This document shows positions 44,501 through 55,799 of a stretch of DNA of 64,000 nucleotides, in pieces; position 1 is the stretch's first letter; every line of letters begins with the position of its first letter. This DNA comes from Lama guanicoe (Eukaryota): positions 8,579,957 to 8,643,956 of the forward strand of contig MU053881.1 of NCBI GenBank assembly GCA_013239625.1, in the 5' to 3' direction. Below the pieces are notes generated by a model. That model saw only the letters and a program-made list of their open reading frames with translations. It did no database searches and was not told the origin of the DNA. A program made the position numbers and the translations under genes.

Positions 44501-46764
44501 TAACAGACTGACTTTAAGCAAGGTAAGTAACCTCTCTGGGTTCTGCCTTCCTCATTTACAAAGTGGGCGTAATGATGATGATGGTGATGATGATGGTTCA
44601 GAGGATGGTTCAGCTGATGGTGATGGTACCTCACCCGAGCGTTGGGAGGACTACACAAAAGAATCCACATCAGGCACTCGGAACAGTTGTGAATACCTAG
44701 CAACCTACTGGGTACCTCTGAATCATTTCTCCTTCTTCCTTTTTGCATCTTCTTGGCATCATATAGGTTTGTTTTGCTTACAGAGTGGGGTAGTTCCCAA
44801 GTTCTCATTTCCCCAAGAAAAAATACATCGAATCTAGGTGGTAGAGCCAATAAATCCTAGAGCCATTTTTGAGATCAGTTAATAACGGGTGGGGGATTAA
44901 GGAAGCAGTGGAGAGAAGGGAGGAGGAGGAGACAAGAAGCTGGACAAGAAGGAAGAGAACTTCGCTGCCTGCTACTTGGGATGGAAGTGAAGGGGGAGCA
45001 GGGGGCCCTGGGAGCACACTTCACTCTGCCTGCTGGCAAAGGCCAAAGGAGCCTGGATTTTAACCAAAGACATAAGGGGCTCTTGAGTAAAAAGCAATAT
45101 GGCAACCATAGGATTCATTTTGCCTTGGGAGTTACTCTGTTGTAAGGTGAGCGCTTGTAGGACCGAGCCTAAAGGATGTGGGGCCCTTGGCTAACACCTT
45201 TGGCCAGGCCCCTATCTACATAAACGACTTGAGTTACCCAAATCAGCATATCAGCCCGATCTTACATAATCTTGCAAAAGAAAGACACCTTCAGCCAGTA
45301 GGAGCAATCTACTCGCCAATCTACACTCTGGAACGGAGGTTGGGCATTAGACCCTGAGATAGCTCAGAGATGAAAATCCCCAAACATCTCAGGGCATCTA
45401 GTCAACCCCACACGCATGGGCGTGGAGGTGAGGAATGGTAGAGGGAGAAACAGGGCTCAGGGCTCACGTGGGTCCTAGTCTGGGCAAGGGTGCTCTGTCC
45501 AGACAGGATTGCTGATCCTGGTCAGTCCCTGCCACTGGAACAGTGCTTAGAAAAATTTAAGGCAGGCATTCCAAAGCTCAGGGAACCATGTACCCAGGGT
45601 AGCACTGGACTCTTGCCCCAGTTAGACAAATAACAATATAAAACAGGCTTTAGAGTCAGCATGGTCCAGTTTTAAAACCTGTTCTATCATTCATTAGCTA
45701 TGTAACCTTGGCAAGTGACTGGCCTCTGGTGACTCAGTTTTCCCAGCTATAGAATGGGCTTCATAGCACCTGCTTCCTCAAAGAGCAGAGATGCTATAAA
45801 GATGGTGCACATGAAATGAGAAGATGAAGGGATTGCACTTAACGCAGAGGAAGAGCTCACTAAGTGGAGGCTATTCCTAATGGTATCTCCCGCTCTCCGC
45901 CAGGGAAGGGCACTGTTCTATTTGCATTTTACCCAATGCCTGCTGACAAGTTGGAAGTGAGGGATAATTGAAAGTATTCTTGCTTGATGTAACTAAGAAG
46001 TGAAAGGAACAGGCCTGGCTGACTTGATTTAACCTGGCAATATGAGATTAGTTCTTCACTGCCTGTTAGGGCTCCCGCCTTGCCAACCTTTTAAAGCAAT
46101 AGATTGGCTGACAGGGTGCTCATTTGGAAGGCTTCACCTGCCATTAATACCCTGGCTGCCTGATGGACCGTCATGGTTCCACAGGCGTCTCCCCTCTCCC
46201 CCCACGGAGCAACCGCCATTCTTAAATATTGCAGGAAGTAAAATTATATTTGCACTCCTTCTGGAAGGCTCGTTGGAAATTTTCCTCTTGCTTTTCGTCA
46301 ACTCTTTTTGTCAGTCTCTGAGATCCAAGGCCTGGGATCCTTGTTCTAAAGCACCTTCCAGTTTTTCTTATAACTTAGCAATGGAAGATCAATCATGCCC
46401 TACTGGAGACCTGGCAGAGTGCAGCCCTCCCTGGGAGCTGCTCTGCTGGCTTCCCTGGTCTTCAGGATGGATGTGGGAAAGAAAGCAAAGGATGCTTAGG
46501 AAAACTTAGGCGCTGTTACTGAAGGCAGAGATATGTTCCAGGTCAGACCTTTGCCTGGTGTGTCTCTGGCTTTACCTTGAAGCTACTGGGGCATCTGGTT
46601 GACCCCACATGCATGGCGGTCAGGGTGATGGAAGGCAGAAGTTTTATGACAATGAGCTTGCAGAGTGTGTCTAGTTTTTTTGAACGGTTCTTCATCAAAA
46701 ATGAAACAAATGGACAAAAATCAAAAGAAATACAACCAAATACTTATCAACCAAACCCTTTATG

Positions 46765-47105
46765 ACCAATGCTTCTCAAATTCTTACCAGCATTGGAATC
46801 ACCTGGGGAGCTTGTTAAAATGTAGATTCTAACTCTGTAGTCCTAGGCTGGCGCTTGAGAGCTTATATTTCTTACAAGTTTCTACGTGATGCTGATGCTG
46901 GTGTTCCGAGCATCACACTTTTGTAAGTCACATGCCAAACCGCTGAAGGTGAAATTGTGGCCCCCGATCATCTCTGTGATGTTAACATACTGATCCGACT
47001 GTCACCCACACCTACTGAATTCCTGAGGGTGGAAACTGGGAGTCTGCATTTTAAAGATAACTCCCCAGTGATTCCCTTGCTTACTAAAGCTTGAGACACC
47101 CTGTT
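46765..47105. mobile_element. Two adjacent MER5-like MITE relics (others near 39790-39930, 51368-51535, 59090-59272)
   Basis: caatgcttctcaaa, gaatcacctggggagcttgttaaaatgtagattc and ctgcattttaa motifs. Confidence 0.6.
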
Positions 47106-50068
47106 CTGAATTACTGAAAAGCCCCTTCAAATATCCCCAGCAGTACCACTGACCCGCAGGGACTCACACAACCTTCCCAAACCGTGTCTCTTGGGGAATG
47201 TTAGGAGGGGCTCCCTGAGACAGAAATGGGGGTGGGACAGGAGGATCTGTGGCCAAATACAATTTGGGAGATTTTGTTTAAACAAAGCTAAACTGGCTTC
47301 TTTATAGCAGGACTTCCAGCAGGACTTCTCGGAGCCTTTGACGAGTGGGTAGGCATTAGGAGTCTTTGGTGCTGCGATGGCGCATGCAGTATTTCCTGAC
47401 CATAGCCACCTTTTGGCTTGGAGCATCTCCCTGCAACAGTATAGTGCCCTTCCTGGCTGGGAAACACATCATGAGAACACAGGGCTCTAAGTTTGGGGGT
47501 TTTATCCTAGGAAGGACCAGCCAAACCTGCATCGAGTCAACAGTCGCAAGGGGCAGCCCCACGCTTGACTGACCTTCTCATGAAGTGCAGGCTTTTGGGT
47601 GATCAGCCCCAACACAAACCACATCATCACCACCAGCACATCAGCTCAGAGCCTCTGCCCTTGGGTTCCCAGAGCCTCTGCATTTCAGCATCTGGATCCC
47701 GAGCCAGATGACAGCATCCTGGGGGCCAGAGGGACCGTGAAGCACGAATGGCGCATCTCACGAGAGCTAGTAGTTGGCACTTTTGAAAAGCTTAGTGAGT
47801 GCCAGGCACTGTGCTAAGTGCTTTACACGCACTCCCTCATTAAACCGCCACCAGGACTCCAGGCATCATCAGCCCTGCTGTTCACGGATGAAATGGGAGA
47901 TTTAGAGGGAGATGAAAGAGCTCGCCCAAGCCCACTCAGCTTCTGCATGGTGGGGCTGGGTTTTCAACGCGGTTTGCTGCACTCCAAAGTCAAATCCCAC
48001 ATGAAGCCGCCATGATAGGTCTGCTACTGCTAAAACACTCCGAATGGTCAACACACAGGAGCCACCGGACCTGCCACCACGTCATGTGTGATGCCTGCAC
48101 CAAGCTCTTTAATCTAAGGCAGGGCTGCGTCAAATAGAAGAGGGACAATTTAAATACATATGGAAGGGCGGTTTATGTTTTAGAAAACTGGGGTGCAGAA
48201 TGGTTTAGCTGCCCTCTGGCCCAACTCGTAACTTCACTCAGCTTACACTTCTGAGTTGGGGGAACCGCAGGACTGTCCCCACCACCACCACACCAGCGGC
48301 TTAAGTCCCTATGTTTTCTCAGCCTGCACCAGGCATCCTCACCCAGCCACCATCCAGTATTTCTCACAAGAACCCTCTGAGGCGGCTTCTGTGATCTCCA
48401 TTTTGCAGATGAAGAAACCGAAGCTCAGAGAGGTTAAGAGCCTTGTCCACAGGCACACAGCAAGTAAATGACGGAGGAGTGACTCACCCCTAGGAAGTCC
48501 ACCTCCAAAGCCTACACTCCCGGCTCCTCCTCTCAGATCTTCATAAGTGGCTGCAAGTGATCACAGCCATGTCAAGGTACCCTGTGAATGTTGTAGGACG
48601 TGGGGGAGAACTGCCGAGGCTGCGGAAAACGTCTTCGTTCCTAGTTGCTTTCTCTCACTCCCTCTCTCCCTTCTTCCCCTCCCTCTCCCCCTGCTGCCTC
48701 TCCTCCACCCAGACAGAGCCTCTAGGAATAATGATCTCACTTGATCAGAATGTTTCCACCTCGTACATCCCTGACCCCTGACGGGCATCTCTGACAGTCT
48801 CACCCTTGTTAGCCCAGGGCCATGGTTTTATACTCCAGGGATTTCTATCCTGCCTGCAGCTGTCTTCCCCCTTTTCTGTTACAAAAACCAGTGGCAACAG
48901 AGAGCAGGGGCCTCTGATCTCAGCCCCTGATTTCCCCAAATACTCGCCCTCGGCCTCGGCCTGCTGTTTCTGGCCTCTCCCAGCCCGCTCCGCTCCCTCC
49001 TCTCCACAGCCTGCTGCCCTCATCAACCACCATTTCAAAGAGTCCACTGACAGGTCAGACAGAAGTGAGCCGATGGCCGGGGAGTCCAGGCCCGGCAGGG
49101 GGTGGCGGCCTGGTGGGGTGCCAGACAGTGACCTGCTGGGCCCCTCAGAAAGAAAAGGGGCTGTCACCAGCGACACCGCCGAGCAACAAGCCGAAACAGC
49201 TACTTTCCGCCTGAGGAGAGACCCTGTCTCTTGGGGGAAGGTGGGAGGACTGGCCCCGGGGCTGAGAGAATTAGCAAGGGGCATGGTGACTGCATGAAGA
49301 ATAAAGAAATACCCTGGCCTGCCAGCTGGGAGAAGGGGCCAGGCTCAGCCAGCATACAGGCTTCCTGCTGCAGGAGGAAAACTGGAAGGACTAACTCCTC
49401 AACGTGCCCTTTATCATGCTGTCCATACTGTGCTTCACACTCCCCAGGGACCCTCTCATTTCATCTTCACATCCACTCTATGGCGCAGCTACTAGGGGCC
49501 ATAGGGGTGGTGCTGCGCAGATCTGGGGGTTTGCAACACGTTGGCCGCGTGGCTCTGGGCTGGTTACTTTATCTCTCTGAGCCTCAGTTTCCTCGTCAGT
49601 AAAGCAGAAATAATAATCCCATCAGCTTAACAGGGCTGTTGTGCAAGATGAAATAAGCCTTATGCAAAAGCACTTGGCGGAGAGTAACCATCTGCTGACT
49701 CGGGCTTTACAGATGGAGGAGCCCGGGCCTGGAGAGTAACCCGTGAGAGGCGGAGCTGCGATTCGCACACGGCTGGTCCAGCCTCCGCCTTGCTGAGCGT
49801 CCTGGCTGCTCCACGCCTCGCCAAGCAATCGTGGGAGGGAGGTCGGGGCTCACCCAATGGCGGTCCCTGGCAGCCCCTGCCTTTCCTCTCTCGCAGGAGG
49901 GTTACGGAGCTTCCGTCCCTACTGCCATCAGCCCACAGGAAGTCGACACACAGGGTGGGTCAAGGGGACAACAGAGGTGAAGAGCAGCGTGATCACGTGT
50001 TCACGTCTCAGTGAAGGAAGCAATGTATCGTGCCTTTGGTTTTTTCTTGGCGTGAATAAAATGGTGTC

Positions 50069-50246
50069 GGGGTGGGGAGGGTATAGCTCAAGGGGGTGGA
50101 ACGCATGCTTATGAGGTCCTGGGTTCAATCCCCAGTACCTCCTCTGAAAATAAATAAACCTAATTACCTCCCTCCTTCCCGCCAAAATAAAATAATTAAA
50201 TAATACAATATAAAAAATAAAAACATAAGTAAATAAAATTTTTTTT
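50069..50246 (+). mobile_element. tRNA-derived SINE (camelid vic-1-like) with TSD
   Basis: Pol III A-box-like tagctcaag and B-box ggttcaatcc, A-rich tail, and 10-bp TSD AAATGGTGTC at 50059-50068 and 50247-50256. Confidence 0.88.
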
Positions 50247-50329
50247 AAATGGTGTCAATGCTATGCAGTGACTTGGGTGTCACTGTTGGGGTGTGTTTTT
50301 TTTTTAATCCACAAATGAAGTTTATTCAT

Positions 50330-51070
50330 CCTAAAATAACCTGTTGAATAAATGACAACTGCCTCCTATCCTAGGTACTTCTCATTAAAGCTTTCATTCT
50401 TCAATCCGTTTCATAATGAACTGACCAAGAAAGATGGGGACCCCACAGTTGTGGCCTTGGAGTTGAGAGGAGAAGCTATGAGCAAACAAATGTATAACAG
50501 ACTTTGAGAGAGTGACAGTGTTTTGAAGAAAAGGAAAGCAGGGCAAAGGGTTGGGGATGACGGAGGAGCGGACCTGCTGCTTGAGATGGAGGGGTCGGGG
50601 CGGCGGCGGAGCCAGGGGTGGTGTCTCTGAAGAAGTGGTGTTTGGGTAGAAACCTAAATGAAATGAGGAAACCAGTTACGGAAACATCCAGGAGACCAGC
50701 ATTCTGGGAAGAGGGAAGAGCCAGCAGGTGCAGACACCCAGGGTTGGGATGTACTCTGTGAGCTACAGGAACAGCAAGATGAGGGATGTTGGGCCAGAGG
50801 AGGGGGGGAAACAGAAGGAAGAAATGAGATCAGAGTGGAGGCAGGGGCCTGCCCGTGCAAAGCAATGGAGGTTGCACCTGGACACCATCCTACGGGAGAT
50901 GACGTGCCCCTGGAAGGTTTGGGAAGTGGGAGTGGTAAGACCTGACTTTGAAATGGATTCTTCTGAGGGCTCCGGGTGGGATACATTGAAGCTGCAGGCA
51001 CGGCAGTCCAGCCCAGCAAAGTTGGTGGCATGATCTGGGCGGAGGTGGGATGATACTAAGAAACCACGGC
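50330..51070. mobile_element. Ancient L2 relic
   Basis: Purine-rich L2-like body (ctctgaagaagtggtgtttggg, cattctgggaagaggaa, gttggtggcatga). Confidence 0.55.
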
Positions 51071-52054
51071 CTTAATAATAAGGAAGAGAGACTGGAGGGG
51101 CCGGACAAGGGAGCAGCCACACGTCTGTGCGGACAGACACAAGCACAGACAAAGGTGGCCCGTGAATGACCCCGCCAGCAGATCTGTCACAGAGATCTAG
51201 CCCCGAAACGTCCCCAGGGGCCAGATGCCAGTCACATCGCCATCGCCGCAGGAGGCAGAGGGCTTGGCTTATCTCCCCACCAGCAGCCCGGGGCCACCAC
51301 ACCAGTGAAGACACCACTCTCTGAGGGAACCTGAGCTCCCCTCAAAAGGGCACATATCAGGCCGTGTCAGTGGTTCTCAAAGTGTCAGCCTCATCTTGGT
51401 TCTTGCTGGAAATGCACATCAGTAGGCCCCATGCCAGACCTATCGACTGAGAACCTCTCGGGGGAGGCACAGCCTGACCTGTGCATTACACCTTCCAGGG
51501 GAGTCTGATGCCCGCTGACCTACGAGAAGCACTGTTCTGCATCTACAAACTCATCCAAGCCTCACAGTCTCCTATAAGGTAGGACCCACCCATAGCCCCA
51601 TTTTACAGAGGACAAAACCGAGGCTCAGAGGGTTAGAATGACTTGCTTACGCTCATACTATGAATCAGTGGAGGAGCTGGGACGTGAACCAAAGCTCCCC
51701 GACCCTAAAGCCTTTTTACCACCCTGCCAGGCCGTCTCCTCCCCTCCACAGGCAGTGAGGAAACATAAGGAAAGGCCTTTCTTCCCTGCTGTGAGCACAT
51801 GTGTTCAGGAATAATTCAAGCAGATAGATCAGCCTTCTGTCTGCAGGAAGGGGTGTGGTTGCAACGTTGGGGACCCAGATGCTAAGTGGAGGAAGGCAAA
51901 GCGAACACTTGGGGTCAAGGTTACTCTGCCCAGTGTGGCACACAAGACCCGTCTCTGTTCAGACCTAGATGATTTTGGGATGTTCTGCCCAAGAGCGTGG
52001 CTGGTCCAGGGGGAGGTGTTTGCCATCATCACCATCAATGACGGGAGGTCGGGA

Positions 52055-52162
52055 CAGGGCTGGGACCAGGGTGAGGTGAGTGGGGCTCACCCAGGGTGCA
52101 GATTAAGGAGGGCGCTCACTCTCAGGTGCGTAGGTACCTCGACTCACCCTGGTCTCATTCTG
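52055..52162. mobile_element. MER96-like hAT MITE
   Basis: Terminal inverted repeats cagggctgggaccagggtgag / ctcaccctggtctcattctg. Confidence 0.6.
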
Positions 52163-52795
52163 GGTCTGAAATAGATCCTAGCTCAAACCAGCAATGCCAG
52201 GGGCCCATTCTCTGGAGAGTCACCAGGTCTCTTTGGTGAAAAGCATGTACTGGATTTAGAGCCAAGAAAGCCTGCCTCTGGCTCCTACCTGCCCTGCCCT
52301 GCTATTTGGCCTTAAAGAAGTTACTTGCCCTCTCTGGGCTTTGGAACTGCTGGGGACCGTCTGTTTTAGCCTTTCTGCATTTGACATTCCTGCGCTCCCT
52401 GATCCCATATACTAAAGGCACAGTGGCCCTCAGCATGTGGACCCCACCTCTGGGTGGCGCTGGTAGTACTGGGTGGGCAGATCAAGGATGCTGTGTACCT
52501 TAAGGACTGAAAACGCAGGAAATTTCCTGGTAAAGGCCTGGATTCTGCTGTGAGAGGAGAGAGAGACAGAAACACCGGGCACTGAGCTTTGGGGGGCACC
52601 TTGCCGTTTTCCTTGCGTTCACATTTGGCCACATAATTCTGGCCCCTCTCCAACCCCCCAGAGCTCTTGGCTGAAAAGATGGAAAGTCAAAGCAAAGAGC
52701 ATGGGCCTTGGGCAGCTGCTCTCGCTGCGCTGCGGAGAACGCCTAGCTATTTCAAGTCCAATCGTTCCACCTTCCCCTGCTCGCCCCTGGCGCTC

Positions 52796-53595
52796 CAGTG
52801 CAGAAACACTTTGCGGCAAAAATGCACTCCACATTCAAAACGGGGAAAAGGGCTCACGCCCACGCGGTTTCTCAGGACTCTGCAGAATTCCCACAGCTGA
52901 GGGGCGGGGGGCACGAAGCACTCACGGTCTGCGCTGCTCTGACCCCGGACACCATACTCAGGTGCACAAGGGGCCCGCAAGGAGGGCTCTTGGGTTCTGA
53001 GTCCTGGCTTGGCTGCATTTTAGCTGGGGGAACTGGGTAAGCCACTTTCTTTCTCTTGACGTGGGAAGCCCCATAAAAAAGACCTGCAGGACCCCCCCAG
53101 GCAGGCAGGGCCACTACTCTCCTGCCAGCACCATCCGGTTTCCTGGCCAAGCGGCTCTATCTCACTTTTTGCCTCTGAAAAGGCTTACTTCTAGGAAAGT
53201 GGAACTTACCCCTAAAAGTCTATTGGTTCCCTGAGCTCACTTCTGATTGGTCCATTTGTAGTACTTTGTTTGCATGAAGCTTACTCCTGATTGGTTATTT
53301 CTCTCACTCTTGATTGGTTATTTCTCTCCCTCCTGATTGGTCCATTTCTACAAAGCTTGTTCCTAATTAGTCACTTTTGTTACACCTTATTTGCATATGA
53401 TGTTGCAAAGTGTAAACTGGCAGCCTATAAAAGCCTGTGTAAACCTACAGATCGGGTCCAGATCTAGCCGTGTTAACTCCTCTGGGTCTGCTGGCATAAT
53501 AAACCTGAGTTCTCCAACTTTCCGAGTGTTGCTTGGTCTCTTGCCCAGAATCAGGCTGCTGTCACAACTGAGCTGTAACACACTTTTCTGCAACA
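52796..53595 (+). mobile_element. ERV solo LTR, antisense to TENM2 (5' boundary uncertain)
   Basis: Repeated (C)TGATTGG boxes, octamer ATTTGCAT 53389-53396, TATAAAA 53426-53432, AATAAA 53498-53503 and end TTTCTGCAACA. The partial inverted match TGCAGAAA at 52799 suggests the start. Confidence 0.75.
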
Positions 53596-53779
53596 CTCTG
53601 GCCCTTAGTTTCTGTGTCTAGGTACAGTAAGAGGCTCTGAGGGCTCTCAGGGTCTACTGCCACAATTTATCTGGGCAGCATGGAAACGTCTTCGCACAGG
53701 CCTGGCCTCTGGGGAATGCTCAGTGCACGAGGCCTTTGACTTTGGGTCAAAGGACACTCCCTGTTCTAGAGAGGCCCAC

Positions 53780-54000
53780 ACCAGACTCGTCAGCCCTGGC
53801 ATCACTGACATTTTGAGCTGGACCATTCTTAGTGGTGGGGCCGTCCTGCACATGTAGGATGTTTAGCGGTGTCCTTGGCCTCTCTACCCACTCAGTGCCA
53901 AGAGCACTGCCTTCCCTCATCCGTGACTCGTGAAGTGTCTCCAGATATTTGCAATGTGCCCTGGAGAGCACAGGTGCCCGTGGTAGGGAACCACGGGTCT
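53780..54000 (-). mobile_element. MER20-like hAT MITE (second copy about 55984-56204)
   Basis: gtaggatgtttagc, ggcctctctacccact, gtctccaga.att.gc and gaaccac match the MER20 reverse complement as recalled. Confidence 0.75.
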
Positions 54001-55441
54001 GGACTGAGGGGAGGAGGGTTGTGGGAGCGATAGAGCTAATCGTGGTGCCAGGGCCCTTGGACCTTCTTTCGGATGCTGGTCACAGAAACCAAGATGCTTA
54101 TCTTTGCGATCTGGGCAGCTTCTCCAGCCAAGGTAAAAATATAGGAAGCCAACATAATGACATAAATGTTATCTCTCTGCCACCAGTGAAATCTGTGTTT
54201 TGATCCTCTAATTCCCTAAAATAAGTCCTCAGTGATTTCAATTATTAACATTTTTGCAGATTATGCTTTTTCATCACAATTTTACGATGAATATTTGATT
54301 TCTCATCTAACCAGGGGAAAAAATTTTAATCCCTTAAGAGACAACTTAATTACCATTTAAACAACTAAAGATTTGATTAGAAAAGACCGAAGGTGCTATG
54401 TCAGGTAAACTCATGAACTTTAAACTTTTTAAATTTTCTTCAACCAAGTCCACAGTCAAATAAAATTATTGTGAAAAATTTTCCTACAGGAAAGTTTTAT
54501 CTCTGAGGTGATTTTTTTCTGAGGCCTTTTTACAACACAAATTCTGCACTTGTTGGAACTGTCTTCAGAAACAGCTTTTGAATTTTGTGTTTTAAAGACA
54601 ATGGACACTGGCTTTAAAGTAGAAAAGCTGTTTGTCACAGTGGTTGGCTGAAAGGCCTGTTCTGAATGTGACCTTAAGCCTCTGGATCCTTACTGGGGAG
54701 ATAGAAAACCAATGGAGGGACAGACTCAGAGAACTTGCATTTCTGGTGTGAAGAAAACAGGTATCATACAAGAAAGACAGGGTGATTTAGGGGTGGGCCA
54801 TTCGCTGTGAAGGGAACACCAAAGGGTGATGGGAGAGAGACAGAGGTGAACCTTCCAGATCAAGACAGGCCTCTCTGGGGGGCCGGCATTTGAGCGGAGA
54901 CCTAAGAATGACTAGAAGAGGCCAGTCATGCAGAATGCCCAGGCTGGAGCATCCCTGCCCTGGACCAGCAAGACTCTGAGGCGGGACTTTGTGTGAGGAC
55001 CAGAAGGCTGGCCAGAGCGGGTGAGGCAGACCTGCTGTAGAAGCTGCTGGGGACAGTGAGAGAGGAGGCAGGGACCGTCACCACAGGCCCTCCAGGCCAA
55101 GGAGAAGCACTTGATTTAGATTCTAACTATGGGAGAAGCCCTTTGAGGGCCTGACATCCCCGGCTTTACAATTTAAAACTACCCCTCTGGCTGCCGTAGA
55201 GAGACCCGTTGGTTTGTTGCCTGTTCCTTTCCCAGGCGCCTACAAAGCTCGACACGATGCTCTTGAAAATTTACCGATGATCGTTTTTATATGCCATGGA
55301 GAATGGATTCTCTCTCCCCTTTTCTAAACTTCAGTAGAATAAAAGAAAACTCAACACCTGACCCTCAGCTTCCTCAGTAGAAGATTCTCTCGTTAAATGT
55401 GCCCAGGAAATCAAAGATCTTATTTCAGCTGAAGACCGAGA

Positions 55442-55799
55442 CACTTCTGATTGGTCCATTTGTAGTACTTTGTTTACATGAAGCTTACTCCTGATTGGTT
55501 ATTTCTCTCACTCTTGATTGGTTATTTCTCTCCCTCCTGATTGGTCCATTTCTACAAAGCTTGTTCCTAATTAGTCACTTTTGTTACACCTTATTTGCAT
55601 ATGATGTTGCAAAGTGTAAACTGGCAGCCTATAAAAGCCTGTGTAAACCTACAGATCGGGTCCAGATCTAGCCGTGTTAACTCCTTTGGGTCTGCTGGCA
55701 TAATAAACCTGAGTTCTCCAACTTTCCGAGTGCTGCTTGGTCTCTTGCCCAGAATCAGGCTGCTGTCACAACTGAGCTGTAACACACTTTTCTGCAACA
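55442..55799 (+). mobile_element. Duplicated 3' part of the LTR (CCAAT array, TATA, R/U5)
   Basis: Copy of 53238-53595 created by the tandem duplication. Confidence 0.8.

Noticed and set aside
50075..50140. tRNA gene
   Set aside because: A/B boxes are present, but the anticodon region is partly deleted and there is an A-rich tail and TSD. It is a SINE.
53281..53345. 23-bp periodic repeats as a CRISPR-like array
   Set aside because: No unique spacers, eukaryotic context, and they are the U3 enhancer repeats of an LTR.
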